A DNA stretch of 64,000 nucleotides from assembly GCF_000150275.1 (NCBI RefSeq), contig NW_002060956.1, positions 866,280-930,279 on the forward strand. Direction: 5' to 3'. Source of the DNA: Trichoplax adhaerens. Lineage: Eukaryota; Animalia; Placozoa. Shown piece by piece: positions 13,519 through 27,149 of this stretch. The first letter of the stretch is position 1. Each line of letters starts with the position of its first letter. The notes beneath the pieces were generated by a model. The model saw only the letters and a program-made list of their open reading frames with translations. It searched no databases and had not been told where the DNA came from. The position numbers and the translations under genes are program-made.

Positions 13519-16211
13519 CTGGGATTCCTACATGTCATATAAAAAAAGAATAGAATAGTAAACATTAACATCAAAATAAACTTCTCGTATAATAAATACC
13601 AGCGATGGGTAAAGATATTGCCATTAACGGTTATTACATGAAGCGATTGCAATGTAACATTATTTTTGGTATGGTAGTGATCGATAGCAGTTGCAGTGAG
13701 AATTTACTTTCATTGCTAATTTTTACGATGTCATTGCAAAAAATACTACAGTATGTGGCATTTCTTTCTTCAATGGCACTTTTCTTGGTATTTTGCATTA
13801 TCATGATCAGTCAATTTGATACGTAGCCATAGGATGGGTTATTACAGATAAATGTGATCAGATAGTGCATCAATTGAAAAATGACCGTAGTAGCCATAAA
13901 TGCTATAAGCAGTTGAAAAAGTGGATGATTATGATCAATGTTAATGGACTATGATCTCGTGCTCATATTGATTTACCGAAACTTGGTATTATCATTAGTT
14001 ATTTATCTTAATCTAATTTTCATGTGTAAATGGTTTTAAGATTACAGTACTGTATTATATCAGTCCAAGATAAAAATAAATGACATTTTGATTATCGATG
14101 TGTTATGTACGGCTTGAACAGTAGTAGATTGACAATTATCTAGAAGGAAAATGAACCAATTAATTACGTCATTGATTGATTCATTACAATTTATGCAATC
14201 TAAACAGTTTACCTTTTTGGAGTACTACTTCTAATTAATATTGTACCTGCAGTATGTTTAGCTCTAGCTCTCAATCAACGTCATCTTTGCTTTATAGAGC
14301 AATATTATTCATTACTGAAACACTCACTATCACTTTCTTAAGGTAATGGTGGCAAAAGTAAACAGCAGCACATTGATGATTCTAATTTATATAAAATATG
14401 TAATCATCGAAATTCAAACCTGACGCTATCGGAATTCACTGTTGTCAATTGTGATTGGAAACCTAAGTGCAGTATTCGTTGACTACAGTACACAGAGTAG
14501 TGATCAAGGATCGTTGGGGCCAAGAGTGCAGTCTAAGCAAGTTTATCGTTCTCTCTTTCTTTGCAGCCAGTAGAATAGTTGTAATAATCTTTCCCCCCCA
14601 AAATGACAGAAATAAGAGATCAATTTCTTCTAGAAATGGACTGCCAGGTTAGTCATTGGTGAACGTTGATTGGCACTAACGTTTAACAAAAGTCAAAAAA
14701 CTGTTGACATTCCAACTGGTTCTGGTACCGTACTAGTACAGGTCTAGATCGAATTTGAATGACGTCATGTAGTGAGTGGAGTACTGTACGGGTGTACGGA
14801 CTGTACTGTACTTCTTTTTGCTTGAGTAGAAATGGGGCCAATGAGCGCACGTTTCTCTTTCACTGTTAGTGACATACAATAATAGCACTTGCATGGGCAC
14901 CAACATACAGTACTGTAGAGGGTGTGTGGAAAGCCATTGGATATTTCAAAGTGTAATATCAGGATATTTTCCAATGATTTTCCACACATTTTTGTTGTAA
15001 TCGTATAGAGGAAAGCTTATTATTTTTCATGGTAATAGCTGTCATGACCATACCCTTACCAAAAAGACGCTAAGATAAATTGAACGCGCACGTCTCAATA
15101 TCGTCCATACAGGGGTAACAACAAGTGTTCTTACTGCAAGTTCACTTTAATTGTACAATCGAAAGGAAGAGGGGGAGGGAAATCGGTAAGGCATGTTCGA
15201 TTCGCCGCAAACCTCCACTCGTAGGCAAAATAATATGGAGCCTGACCAAATTATCGGCTTCCATCGATACCATTAAACATTGAACATTTAATGGTGAACA
15301 ACGCTGAGTGTAATGCATCGATACAGTAGGTTACTGGCCTAGTAGACTACTATCGGTGCGATGAGGTAGTCAGTTCCGTTGTCGATGGTAAAAAGATGAA
15401 ATGCTTATCTTTCATCTTTACTGTACAGTATGTCACTTGAGTAGGCTACATTATAGAGATTGTAATGAATTATGATAATGATAATCGACAGTGCAGTTAG
15501 GCGCTGGATGCTTAATGCAAAATTGTATCCCCTGTGCATAAAAATGATCACCGTTACTCATGTCCTATTTCTAGTGAAGCGGTGGTAATTTTTGATGCAC
15601 GGGGATACAGTTTTAATGGAGTAGTCCCTGACTGTACAGGCAGTGAAAGCCTCGCTCGTGATACTTGGCGTTTAGAGGTACTTTCTACTTAATGTCATTA
15701 AGCTAAATTGTCCTACACCAGTAATTTCCAATTTTCTTGACTACTGTATTAGCCTATTCTAATTTTAGATAGTACCGTAGAGTACTGTATGTTGGGATGA
15801 TTTCTCCAATTCTATTCTACACTACAGCACATAGTGCAATATTACCAACAGTATTGAGTATTGAGTAGAGATGTTGAACACCTTGTGGAAAGCGGTTGAT
15901 CGCTGATAGCCGAACTGGATCGCAGTATCATGAATTGCTCATGGTCAATAAATACCGCTATTTATGGAGTAGTCCGAGACTATATGCCACAATGAAAAAG
16001 CGAAAGTCAGTTTCAATTTCAATGACACTCTACAGTATAGGATAGGCTATTTTCTGTCCTTCCTGACTGTGTGATCTTCTTCATTTTCTCCGTTGCAATC
16101 CGCAAAAGGAAGTGGATCACGCCATACTTTTAGTTAAGAGCTTGACAGTATTGTACTGTACGGCGTTCAAGTTGTGTTTTTTGTCTGTGCTACCGTAGAA
16201 CTACTGTAGTG

Positions 16212-16410
16212 TACCGTACGTACTGTACTGTACAGTACATTGTACAGTACGGTACTGTACTGTACTGTACAAAGGAGTATCAGCAGTTTCCCGCGAAAAT
16301 GATGGAGGTCGACACCCGTCATGAGGTCTGATTGGTTGATTCTAGAAGACGATTGAATTCATTATTTATACAGTACAGTACAGTATACGGTACAGGACAG
16401 TACAGTACTG
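16212..16410. repeat. (TACTG/CAGTA)n palindromic pentamer cluster flanking an E2F/CCAAT core
   Basis: gtaccgtacgtactgtactgtacagtacattgtacagtacggtactgtactgtactgtac at 16211-16270, and tacagtacagtacagtatacggtacaggacagtacagtactg at 16368-16409. Confidence 0.85.
16287..16335. promoter_or_regulatory. Overlapping double E2F site (TTTCCCGCGAAAA) plus inverted CCAAT box
   Basis: TTTCCCGC on the plus strand overlaps TTTTCGCGG on the minus strand at 16287-16299; ATTGG at 16331-16335. Confidence 0.55.
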
Positions 16411-16931
16411 GACTGCAATAAGACTAACAATAACCACCACAACCGTGACAGACATGGAACGTTTTTTTGATGGTATGGTTTCCAGTCCCGTCCCGTACCG
16501 TACCGTTCTGGCCCGGATTCTTCCCATGACCGTAGTAGACTACCGTGCTAGTGGATAGGACACAGTAGCCGGCGACTTGGATGTCAAGTCGGTACGATAC
16601 AAGCAATTCTACATGTAGCAAGTTGTCAATGAAAATCAGTTGTTGCCGTCGTCTTTGACAGTCTAAAATTCAATTCCAAATTGACATCAAGACGCTGTGG
16701 AAATTAATTCCTTGTGTGGCGCGTAATTCTGAAAGGCGTAAATTGGAGACCTTTACTCGGTTAGCTTATCAATAGATACAGTCAATTTATAGGTTGGAAG
16801 TTTGCACTTGTTCCCCTGTGTATTGCAGCGTTGAATGATTTACTATAGGATAGCTGGTACTCCAATCATTCAACTGTCCATTTCCCCTCTACTATGATAT
16901 CACCGTGGTAGCTACTGACGTTATTTTGTAG

Positions 16932-18253
16932 CAATTCATTCTCCATGGAAAGAGAAATCACGATATGCTATTCGCCATTTTTTCTTCATACCAAGCGCCT
17001 ACTAAAGTTAGACGAGATATTGCTGACTCCCTACTAGTTGCTCAATGGATTCTTATTGTAAACATGTGCGCTTATGCCCTAGTCATAAACTTGCAAGATA
17101 GTTCAGCACAATCATCAAGAACAAATGCCCTCTTTACTCTACTCTATTGTACAGCTTACTACAAGCTGTAAAAGAGACAATTTGCTCAAGTCATAGCGTA
17201 AATTCACACATGTATCCAGCAATGTAGGTCGTCTCTCACTTCTTCATACGCGTACTCCAATAATATCATTTTTCAACTTCCCCCAAAAATTGCTACCTTC
17301 TCCACAACATCATCAACTGTAATCCATTTCAATGGACAACTGTTAAGCAATGCCAAAAGCCACAGCTCGCTATACTGTACAGTACATAATAGTTCTGCAA
17401 AGTGGAAGCCAAATTTCTTTTACTCCAACATAGTTGAAAGAACGCTCTACGCTAAGAATAAATGAAATACGGTAACAAGAAGTTGTGATGGGATCTCTTC
17501 AATATCTCTAAATACAACATACACTGCTACGTTTGCTACTGGAGTATGGTATAATTCACCCAATTGATATGAATTCAAAAAATGATAATCAATTATGAAC
17601 TATCGCTATTCAGAACACACATTTGTATTAGACTTCCGTACCAGAATGGACAGTACTGTCCTGATTCTCGAAATGGACGTAATCGCAACTTTTACTTAAG
17701 GCTGTACATTAATTATTACAAAGGATTCAGGCTCAATGCAAAATTATTTTCAACTTTAGTCTTCATTTGATTCAGTCAATTTCACTACCATACTATATTC
17801 AATTTTCTGCAATTTTGGAGAATGGAAGCTTAGTTAATTTTAGTATACGTAATGTAGTATTATTATTGAATACAAATACCAATGGATATACATTACGTAT
17901 AATAAATTTTAGAGTTGACCTAAAAAAATAAGAACAATGACTGCTATATCTACAGTCATTAAACATATTCAGTTATAGTGTACGTGTATATAGTAGAGAG
18001 AGCATACAGTTATAATCTCATTGCCCTTCATTTTCAGGCAGTTACTACAGTATTAATACGACGTAAATCATCACTGCTTGATGTTATTCGGTCTGGCCTA
18101 GAAAATCTGATCGTACTCGTATTATCCCTTATTATTATTATTGCAATAGCACTTGGATACTATACAGTATATCTTCCATTTAATACACATTATAATAACT
18201 ACAAACTAATGAATTATACATATACATCTTATACATTTATGCATCACTTCTAG
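16932..18253 (+). other. Candidate small membrane-protein gene or decayed gene (exon-like blocks ending in a hydrophobic TM-like exon)
   Basis: Exon 17612-17678 (HTFVLDFRTRMDSTVLILEMD|gtaat) splices in frame to the acceptor ttttcag at 18037 (AVTTVLIRRKSSLLDVIRSGLENLIVLVLSLIIIIAIALGYYTVYLPF...). AATAAA at about 18574 and 18619. Upstream blocks do not join cleanly. Confidence 0.25.
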
Positions 18254-19714
18254 TGTATATGTTGCAATATTGATACAGTATAATCGTAGCACATTTTTAT
18301 GCAGCTGTTGTTGTTACTGTCAAGAATCTGTCACTGATTCATATTATTCGGTCTATTCATGTTTCTATTATCGCTCATTGCATCGCATTTTTGCGCTAAA
18401 TTGTCCCTTTAGTAATCATTGTACTATCGTGTGTTGTGGCAGTAGTGTACTTTTTACTATCATCTGATATGTGCATTCATCTCAGTCCATTGGCTTTTCT
18501 AAATATCTCTATGATGTACACACCTGCTGCACACCTGCTGCGTACATACAGTCTGTGCAGCAGAAATAACTTGAATAAAGCAGTAATAGTCTTCTATACG
18601 TACATTACTCTAATGTTCAATAAACTGTAGATTTTTCCTGTGCTTCGCTGAAACTATGTATGCAGAAAGCTCACTTTACCAGAGCGCCAGCTACCCTTTA
18701 TTGCCGTGACGCGTTTAGTTATACACAACTGCGCTGCTAAAGACTGTAGGTAACCCTACACTTATTTAGCAGTGTCGTAGCTGAACTGAACGGACAGCAC
18801 TGTAGTGAAAATGTTTATGAGCTTGTATTTGTATTACGGTGTGTAATTTTATTTATATTGTAGCTGAATGTTTAGTAAGCTATACATTTAATTACTGTGT
18901 TAGAAGATTTGGTTCTATTAGTCCTTAATAACGTGCCAACTATACTTCAAGATTAGTGAGCCTAAATGAAACTTACCACAGTATAGCTCTTGCGGATGTT
19001 ATGATTAGGCCGAAATATGTTTCTGTAAGACCCTATAAATTAGTATAATGGGTCAACATACTATCATTCCTATACTAATTTTACATTTGCAAGGTGTATG
19101 GTACAATAAATTATTAATCAATGTGGAGTTAAAAGAATCGTTATACTTATCGCCGATTGAGTGATGATATTGGTTACCATATTGTGTACATGATTATAAG
19201 CTAAATTTTTATGTGTATAAGTTATACGTAGCTATTTCACTTTAAGCTACACTACTGCATTGGTGTTGCGACCTCTTGAATTCTTCGACAGTTAATGAAG
19301 TACGGTTTACTTCAAATACAATATTATAACGTATTTTACAATGCATAAAAGTTGCGCAGAGAATGATTAGAAGATTTATTGCACTTAAAGTAGCTATTAC
19401 AGGTTAAAGCCTTTTGCCAATGCAAAATAGCTAGCATATACGATGGATAGATAGGCAGTGGATTTACTATTATATAAATTACAGGTCAATTAGAATAGCG
19501 CAATCGCTTCAGTTTTATGTACTTTAAAGATATCGTTATCACGTCATGTTCACGTGTATAGAAGATTTGACAGCAAATTGAAATTCGTGTGGCCCCTTAT
19601 TGTAATGAATATTGTACTGAAATTGATATGCGATACAAATAGGCTCGTGTTTATAACCACGTAATTTCTTTAGTTTATTAAATCTGATGTTTCTATGTTA
19701 AGGTCTCAGGAATC

Positions 19715-22700
19715 ATGATGGCTTCCTCACTAGCAGTTACTCACTGTGCTAATCACGCTAACAATGATGAAGATAGCAGGTATTTTATTAACATTAATAG
19801 CTTTTGATGCAGGGTAGTTAGATGACATCTCTATAACCCGTATAAGTAGCTGCTTAGTGGTATATATATATATAGGTAATGGTAGATAAGCCACTTTTAT
19901 ATATCACTGATTGTGCACGTATTATATATAGTTATACCGATCAAACCATCCGGGATTTATTCAAGGACTTGCATAGCAATCTTAATATCACTGACCCGCT
20001 TGTGTTAGAGGAAGGATGGAATATGTGGAAGATTATTTCCGAGACCTTCAAAATTGTTAAAAATGTACGTTCGTAAATAAATGTTACTAGTTACTTGTAC
20101 ATACTTCTATATTTTGATACTAGTTATGCTTCCTTATAGTCTTCATTTTTCAACCCAGTTCTCATCGTTCTCTAAATAAATTTTATAGGATATCTCGCAG
20201 TGGGTATGTGCTATTAACTACATTGCTATTTATACGGCTAGGTAAGTAATATGAATGAAGTAAATAATTCGCATATTAGGATTATACATTGTATAGATAT
20301 GTACATGATCTTAATGTATGCATTCTCGTGATAGAATGTCATCAAAGGCTAGCATCCTTAAACCAATTCCTAAAGTTTTAAACCATTTGATGGCTGCAAG
20401 AATAAAGTAATTTTTATATTTATACTCTCAACTTAATCAACCTTTACTACTCACATGTAATCTTGTAAATTATTGCATTTTTTAATAGTATATTAGACTT
20501 TATCGATAAGCTTCAGAAACTAGGTGAAATTATTTCTGTTGAGAATCATGCAGCCAAGAAGCAAATTTATTTATTGAGTCGAAAGTATTTAATAGATGCT
20601 GCTTTGTTCGCCAAATGTGACCTGTAAGACTATATCGGTCCAACCTTATAATCCTTCATTATACTACAAAGTTTACATTAATGAACTCGCTAGATATGTT
20701 AGTACTAAATGAAGTTCTTTTTTGGTCAATCTTGTAGGCTGATTGAGTTAGTCTTTCGTAAAGATATCGATAAGAGCATTCATAAGTTTAAAGATCTGCT
20801 TGATAATCCTAGAAGTTACATATGGTTATTGTTTTTAGTTGCCAAAGGTAAATATAACTTAAGTCTGTTTCATCTGCTGTTCCAAATTTATATACATAGG
20901 CAGAATCGCTCACAAGAATTTTATCAACTATTTTATGATACCTAATCATTTTACTTGCGTATTAGATTCTCTACTAAAGGATCCAGAGCTATACATTGCG
21001 TACTACTTATTAATTTGCTGCGTTAACCATCTAGCAAAATCGGTACCTTCGAGTTTTATAAAAGAAAATTATCGTGAGTACTAAACATTAATATCTGAAT
21101 ATTGTAATATTTATGTTAACAAATTAAACAGCTACTTGATTTGTTTCCACTAGGTACTTTAATAGGAACTGATACTGAAAGCGTGAGTCACTTGATTTAT
21201 GATGATAAAATTGCTATACTTTTTGAAACAGTAGACTTTATGAAACTTAAAAATATTTTTATCATAAATATTGGGCAACAGGTTAGTTCTGAAATTTTAC
21301 GGAAGTTGTGCGAAGATTTACATGTGCAGTATGAGGGGGTGCGTGATATTATAAACATTTTTACCTATTGCGTATACCTTACAAAAATCATGATAGCTAT
21401 ACTTCGGTTTACAATGTATTTGATTGATTTTTTACAGGTTAGAGACTTTCATAATAACTGCTGGACTAGATTTCAAGTGACTGGATCGAGTATTCTAAAT
21501 CCCTTAAAGGTAAGAGCAACATTCATTTACTTAAATACTGTAACATACTAACTACTGTATATAGTCTGCGGATAATTGCATCACAGCATCCGCTACTAAT
21601 CATAATACTACAGTACTATCCGTAATTGTATGCGTATTATTATTATTCTATTATATAATTTTTATGTTATTACAAATTAGATTGATAATCTTAATAGAGA
21701 ATATGAGGCTGCATTCATCAAGAATGGTACGAAAATTTGGTTCTGAACTTCTTAAATCTCTAGACTTGTAATGTGTTATCATATTATTTCTAATCCTGAT
21801 TAATTCGATTTTATTGAATAATTTTACAAGGTGACTTTGATGAGCGAGCATTTTTGGATGAATCAATTTTTGATAGCATGTTAAAGCCAAAGTATGTACT
21901 TCACATCGTTTATAGATAAATTAGTCAATACTTGGTAATACGCTTCTTACATTTTTACTAGTCTGTTAAGATATCGCATTACTTACATTAAAAATTCTGG
22001 TTTGACAGGTCTACCGGGAAAGAAGATCGTGGTAGCTATAGAAAAGATCCGCCACCTACACCTGTAAAGTAAGTTAACGAGCAAGTTTTGGTACATCTAT
22101 TACATCTATGTGCAAAGATATATGGAAATAGAGGGGACTATTAATGGTTTATTATTGTTATAATAGATCTACGATGAAAAGCATTGCTAATTTGTTAGCT
22201 CTCCTAACATCTACAGAGTAAGTCACTTCAGAAATATTATTAAATAATAACGTTATTTGAAGTACTGTAGACACCTTAAAATGGTGATAACATATCGTAT
22301 TGACTTTGTTCTTAGTACCACGCCAGGATCATTACTTTGTGATTACTTCAAGGTACGTTGTGTCTATTATTTAGTTAATGTAAGGCAACTACTAAGAATT
22401 AATGATGTCTAATACTGTTTCTTATACAGAAATGCTGTCCGAATCCATTTGATAGCATTCTTGCTCGTTTAGAACGTAAGTAAATGACTCATTTGCGTCA
22501 CGATTTTCGTTTCAATAGTTCATCGTTTAATCGTCAATTGATTACTGACAGGGTATCGAGATGTTTTCGTACAGAAATACGCAAAGCAGACAAGCTCAGC
22601 TTATTCCTCAATTAGTGATAAGGTACTTTTGACTACCGGAACAGCATTTCTGTAACGCTGTGTTTTGTATATATGGATAGGAGGACTAATGTTCGATGTT

Positions 22701-25640
22701 TTTTATTTGTTCGTTGTACGTTTATCCTGTACAGTATTTTGATTTAGCAAAACGACTGTATTTTAGAGTTTTGGAGAATATGCTCAAAGGCGTAAGTTTG
22801 TAATGATATCCGCTGAATGATATAAATATGTTCTGAATATTGACCTGATGTTATTTATGACTTCTAGGAACAAAGGAGGCTTGGAAACAGCGATTTTAGG
22901 TAAGTTCTAAGTCTGAGTTGGGTATCACTTTGTTGCCTGATTACGTCTTAAGAGGTTTGATATTGTTATTAAAATCTTGCCAATTCTCGCAGCGTACTAC
23001 TGAATCATGACGTATTTCACTCATCGTTATTGGCCTGTTCATTGGAGGTCGTCCTTTTTACTTATAATAGCCCACGTACGTATTCTAATATTTGGACAGT
23101 TTTCAATGATTTATATAATCTACAATTCAGTAATACACTAATAAGCAAAGAAATAAATATTTGACAGATACAAGCAATAGTAACAAGTATGGTTATGAAT
23201 TTTCATTTCCTTGGATCCTTGATATTCTTGATATAAAGGTCTGTAGTTTAATATTCAAGAAAAGATTAGAGTTACTTTGAAAAACAGATTAGAATCTAAT
23301 ACTCTTTTTTATATATGTAGGCATATCACTTTGGTAAAGTAATAGAAAGTTTTATACGTAGCGAATTATCTCTGGATAACAATTTAGTACAGGTTGTTAC
23401 TCAAAAGCTGTGATTGCTTAAAGATAGATCAAATGTCGTCCAAAAAATTTCTTTTTGATATTTACTATTTTTACCCATATTCCTTTAATTTTGTAAAATT
23501 TTATACTGATCTCATTTTTTAGCATCTCAATTTTATTGAATCAATGATATTAGAAAGCTTGGCATGGCAAGCGGTGAGTTATTTGGATTTATTAATTAAT
23601 GTTGTAGTACTTACTTATCAGTAAGCTTTCAATGATTAAAAACAAAGGATCTTTTCTGTTATAGTCTTCCCCATTATATGCAGCACTGGAATCTTCTAAA
23701 ATTGATCTTCGTTATAGGCAGTTGGTAACCGAGGTAGGGAATATACTAATTTGTGGTGTTGCCCTATTGTATGATATTTTCGAATATATTTTTAATAAAA
23801 TATTTTTGAATTTTAACATAATGAATACATGTCGCAGAACAAAACCGAAGTGGCGGGTTCATTACTGGAAACGTAAGTATTTAGGAGATTATTTTTCCTG
23901 TAATTGATATTACAAAGATCTAATAATTATCGATTTCTACGGATATGGCTATTTTGTTTTTATTAACACTTTTATCAATGTAATTGGATATATTTCTAAT
24001 AGGTGCCTTTCACCAGTTAAAAAGTCTCATACTAGCGAAAAGCAAAGTTGTGGTGACGAGACTCAGAAGAAACTACATTCTGTCGATTTATTTTACAGAA
24101 AAGGTTAAGTAATTTTTGTTCATTGTGTGGTATTACAAAGTTACATAACTACAGTATTTTGGAATGCTCATTTACTATGTTGTATTATTGTAAACTATAG
24201 TGTTTCAACTTGCATACTTGCGACTAAAAAATTTATGTGATGCCTTAAAAATTGATGAAAAAACGGTTAGTCTGCTCTTTTAAGTAATCATACGTGTTAT
24301 TCAGTAAGTCATTTACTATATTCTTATCAAGAAATTCTATTGTAATAACATTATCCTAGATTAATCGAACATGGACTTGCTATCATTATGCTCTGACCTA
24401 CAAAACAAAGCTATTTATGGATCGTCACATTGATCAGGTTTTGATGATACTTTATTACTGATTAGTGTAAATTCAATGGGTTGTGTGATTCTATGCTGTA
24501 CTTTTGTTTAAATATCGCGATTGCTTACTTTAGGTAATGTTGTGCTGTACATATGCCGTGTGCAAGGTGATGCAAAAGGAAATTCAATTCAAAGAAATTA
24601 TTCATCACTATAAAAGCTTATTTGGAAGATCGAGCTCCGTATGTAGTTTCCTCATGACTATTATCGTTTAGTTGAAAATTTTTAAACAACATCATATCAT
24701 TTAATCCTTGAATAATAGGTATGCCGAAATGTGTTATTACTTTCCAACCAATATGGTACTATTATTGCGTTTTACAATCAAATTTTTATTTGTGAAATGA
24801 AGGAATTCGTGCTGAAACTGTCTTCCGTCAATGCTGTTAGTATATTTGCAGCTAATTGTAATTGAATAACTTTGTTGACCATACTTTTGCACATTTCCTG
24901 GCATCCTTGGATTAAAATTTCTTGATATGTCATTCGTTCACAGGCACTGCAGCTGTCTCCTATCCCAACGTACAATAGTAGATCACCACGCTCTGACGGT
25001 GTCGGCAAGAGGTAGTTATATTCTACAATGGTCATTAAGCAGTATCTTTAATTAATTTATTCACCGTGACCGGAATTTGTTAATTTAGAATTCCGTGGGT
25101 ATCAAATGTTTATCTCTCTCCTTTAAAACGTAAAGATATTTTAACTCCAAGATCGAAAGCTTTATACTGCTTTGGAGATGCACTGGAGGTATGTATATGT
25201 GTATACGTGTTTCGTTTATATTTCTTTCTTATTATTGAGCACAAATTGGTTAGACTGCAGTATATTAGCGTATTATACCGTGTCGCAAATAAAAATTTGC
25301 GTACAGAAATTCAATTTTAATTGATAGTGTTAACTGTTTACCGTAATCATGTTTGCAGTCATCAAGGAAGCTATCTGAAATTAATGAGATTGTCCATAAG
25401 GGTAGCATGAAATCTTCGAAGAGATTAAAATTTGATGACACAACGGTTACTGCGGACGTGGATGTAACATCGAGATGTGCCGAAGCCCGGCCCGGATTAT
25501 CAAATTTGGATCAAGACGAGAATCCCACTGACAATCCTACGAATAATTACAAGGCAGTTATGTTGGAAAATCGATTGGCGGATTTCGGTGGGTCATCTTT
25601 TGCTGTTATTGATATATCACGCAAAAGCAACACTCGATAG
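19715..25640 (+). CDS. RB1: Retinoblastoma pocket protein, RB1-type, more than 25 exons
   Basis: N-domain FKDLHSNLNITDPLVLEEGWNMWK and YIWLLFLVAK. Pocket A: LAKRLYFRVLENML, LLNHDVFHSSLLACSLEVV, FPWILDIL, AYHFGKVIESFIR, HLNFIESMILESLAW. Pocket B: LFYRKVFQLAYLRLKNLC, LFMDRHIDQVMLCCTYAVCKV, GTIIAFYNQIF. C-terminus: NVYLSPLK..LTPRSKALYCFG..KLSEINEIV..KRLKFD. ATG at 19715, stop at 25638-25640. Confidence 0.92.
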
Positions 25641-27149
25641 TGATAATGAATTTTTAAGCGTGTACTAAAATTAATCAAAGTGGTATACTCGTATATATCT
25701 TGATCAGAGGATTTTCGATTCGTCTTTTCAGCTTCCGATCGTCTTTCCGTAAATCAGCAAAAATGAATTAATTCTCAAGATATAAGTATCATACCAAAAA
25801 ATATTGGTTAGGACATTATTCTGTACCTGTGACAACAACTGCAATCTGTTACAATTTTATAAATGTTATAGCAACGAAATGACTTCAGGTTGTCTCGAGG
25901 TATCCCAACTTTTGAAACGTTTCTGGTTTGATCGGGCTGTTGAAACGGTTATTCTTTATTCCCTTACTAGTAAAGAATTTATTTCGATCTAGAATATTAT
26001 TTCAATTTCATTGTAATTTATCAATAGTTCTATTATCATTCGATAGCAGACGCTTTCTTATAATTACATTGTTACTAATTCACTTATTTACAGTTTAGTT
26101 GCCGTAGAAAGAAATTTAATGATATTAGTGTATCCTACAGCAAAGGTAGTCCTTCTTGTTTATTTTATAGCACGTTGTGTGTAAGCGATTCCATTCGTCT
26201 GGTTTTCTTGTAGACACAGTACTGTATTTATAATAAGATTCAGCATGTGATATTCTTCAATTAATTAATATTATATTATATAAGATTGTCTGATATGCCC
26301 TTATCATTAAGTCATCTTATGCTCGGTAGTAGTACGTTGTAGACAACAATGGAATTTTAAAGGAGTTGTCATTACCTAACATGTAAAAGATTACTTTCAT
26401 CATTTTGCTTGTTTATGTTATCATAAAATCCCTAAGACCAGTAACAATTCATAATTATACGTACATCAGTAGAAAACTGTTTTGATTCAGTAAATGATTT
26501 GGAAAGAGAAAAATAATAACTACAGTAAGAATCTTCTTGGTATACGAAGTTATAAAATAAAAATTTTTTAAATTATGGAGCTATGCAAAATGGTGAGATT
26601 TTATGGCTGCGCGTTTTTGTGCTGTAGACCTGTAGTGTTGCCTACTGTAAATCGGTCAATCGCCGTTTGACTATTAAATATTTACAGTAATAGTTTATGA
26701 TACTATAAATGCAGAGCAGAAAGATTGTTTTGTGTTGACAGTAATGTAAACTGGACAAGAATTATAACATACTATCTATTTTATCATCCTGTCCTTTTTT
26801 ATCGTTAAGCTCTCAACCTAAACCTGACTTTGATTTATTGCAATGATAAGTAATTAATGATAGCTTTTGGGCTCCCTCAGAGTTGTTGGGCCTAGGTCTT
26901 ATGCATTTCCTCTGAAATTAATTAATTACTAGTATTATTTTTAATAATAATATAACACATATATATAAATTATTATCTTTTATTATTTATTTATAGTATT
27001 AAACGTCACAGTATACGTCGTTGCGAATGCAATGTGGAACCAAAATATCACTCACTTTTTGCAATTAGTGAATTGAACTAAATACTGTACACTATACACC
27101 GTATAGTATACAGGAAACTGCCTGGGATTATGGGGTTTATTGAAATTCT

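Noticed and set aside
15160-15225. tRNA-like GTTCGATTC B-box
   Set aside because: No cloverleaf stems or A box.
17463-18620. In-frame TGA as selenocysteine with a downstream SECIS
   Set aside because: No redox motif context and no AUGA..AA..GA SECIS core found.
18751-18758. TAACCCTA as a telomerase RNA template
   Set aside because: An 8-mer is expected by chance in 64 kb, it lies in a hairpin, and I found no pseudoknot, P6.1 or H/ACA domain downstream.
26576-27080. Short ATG exon (MELCKM|gtgag) as the start of a protein-coding gene
   Set aside because: The downstream acceptors I tried all hit stop codons within a few residues.
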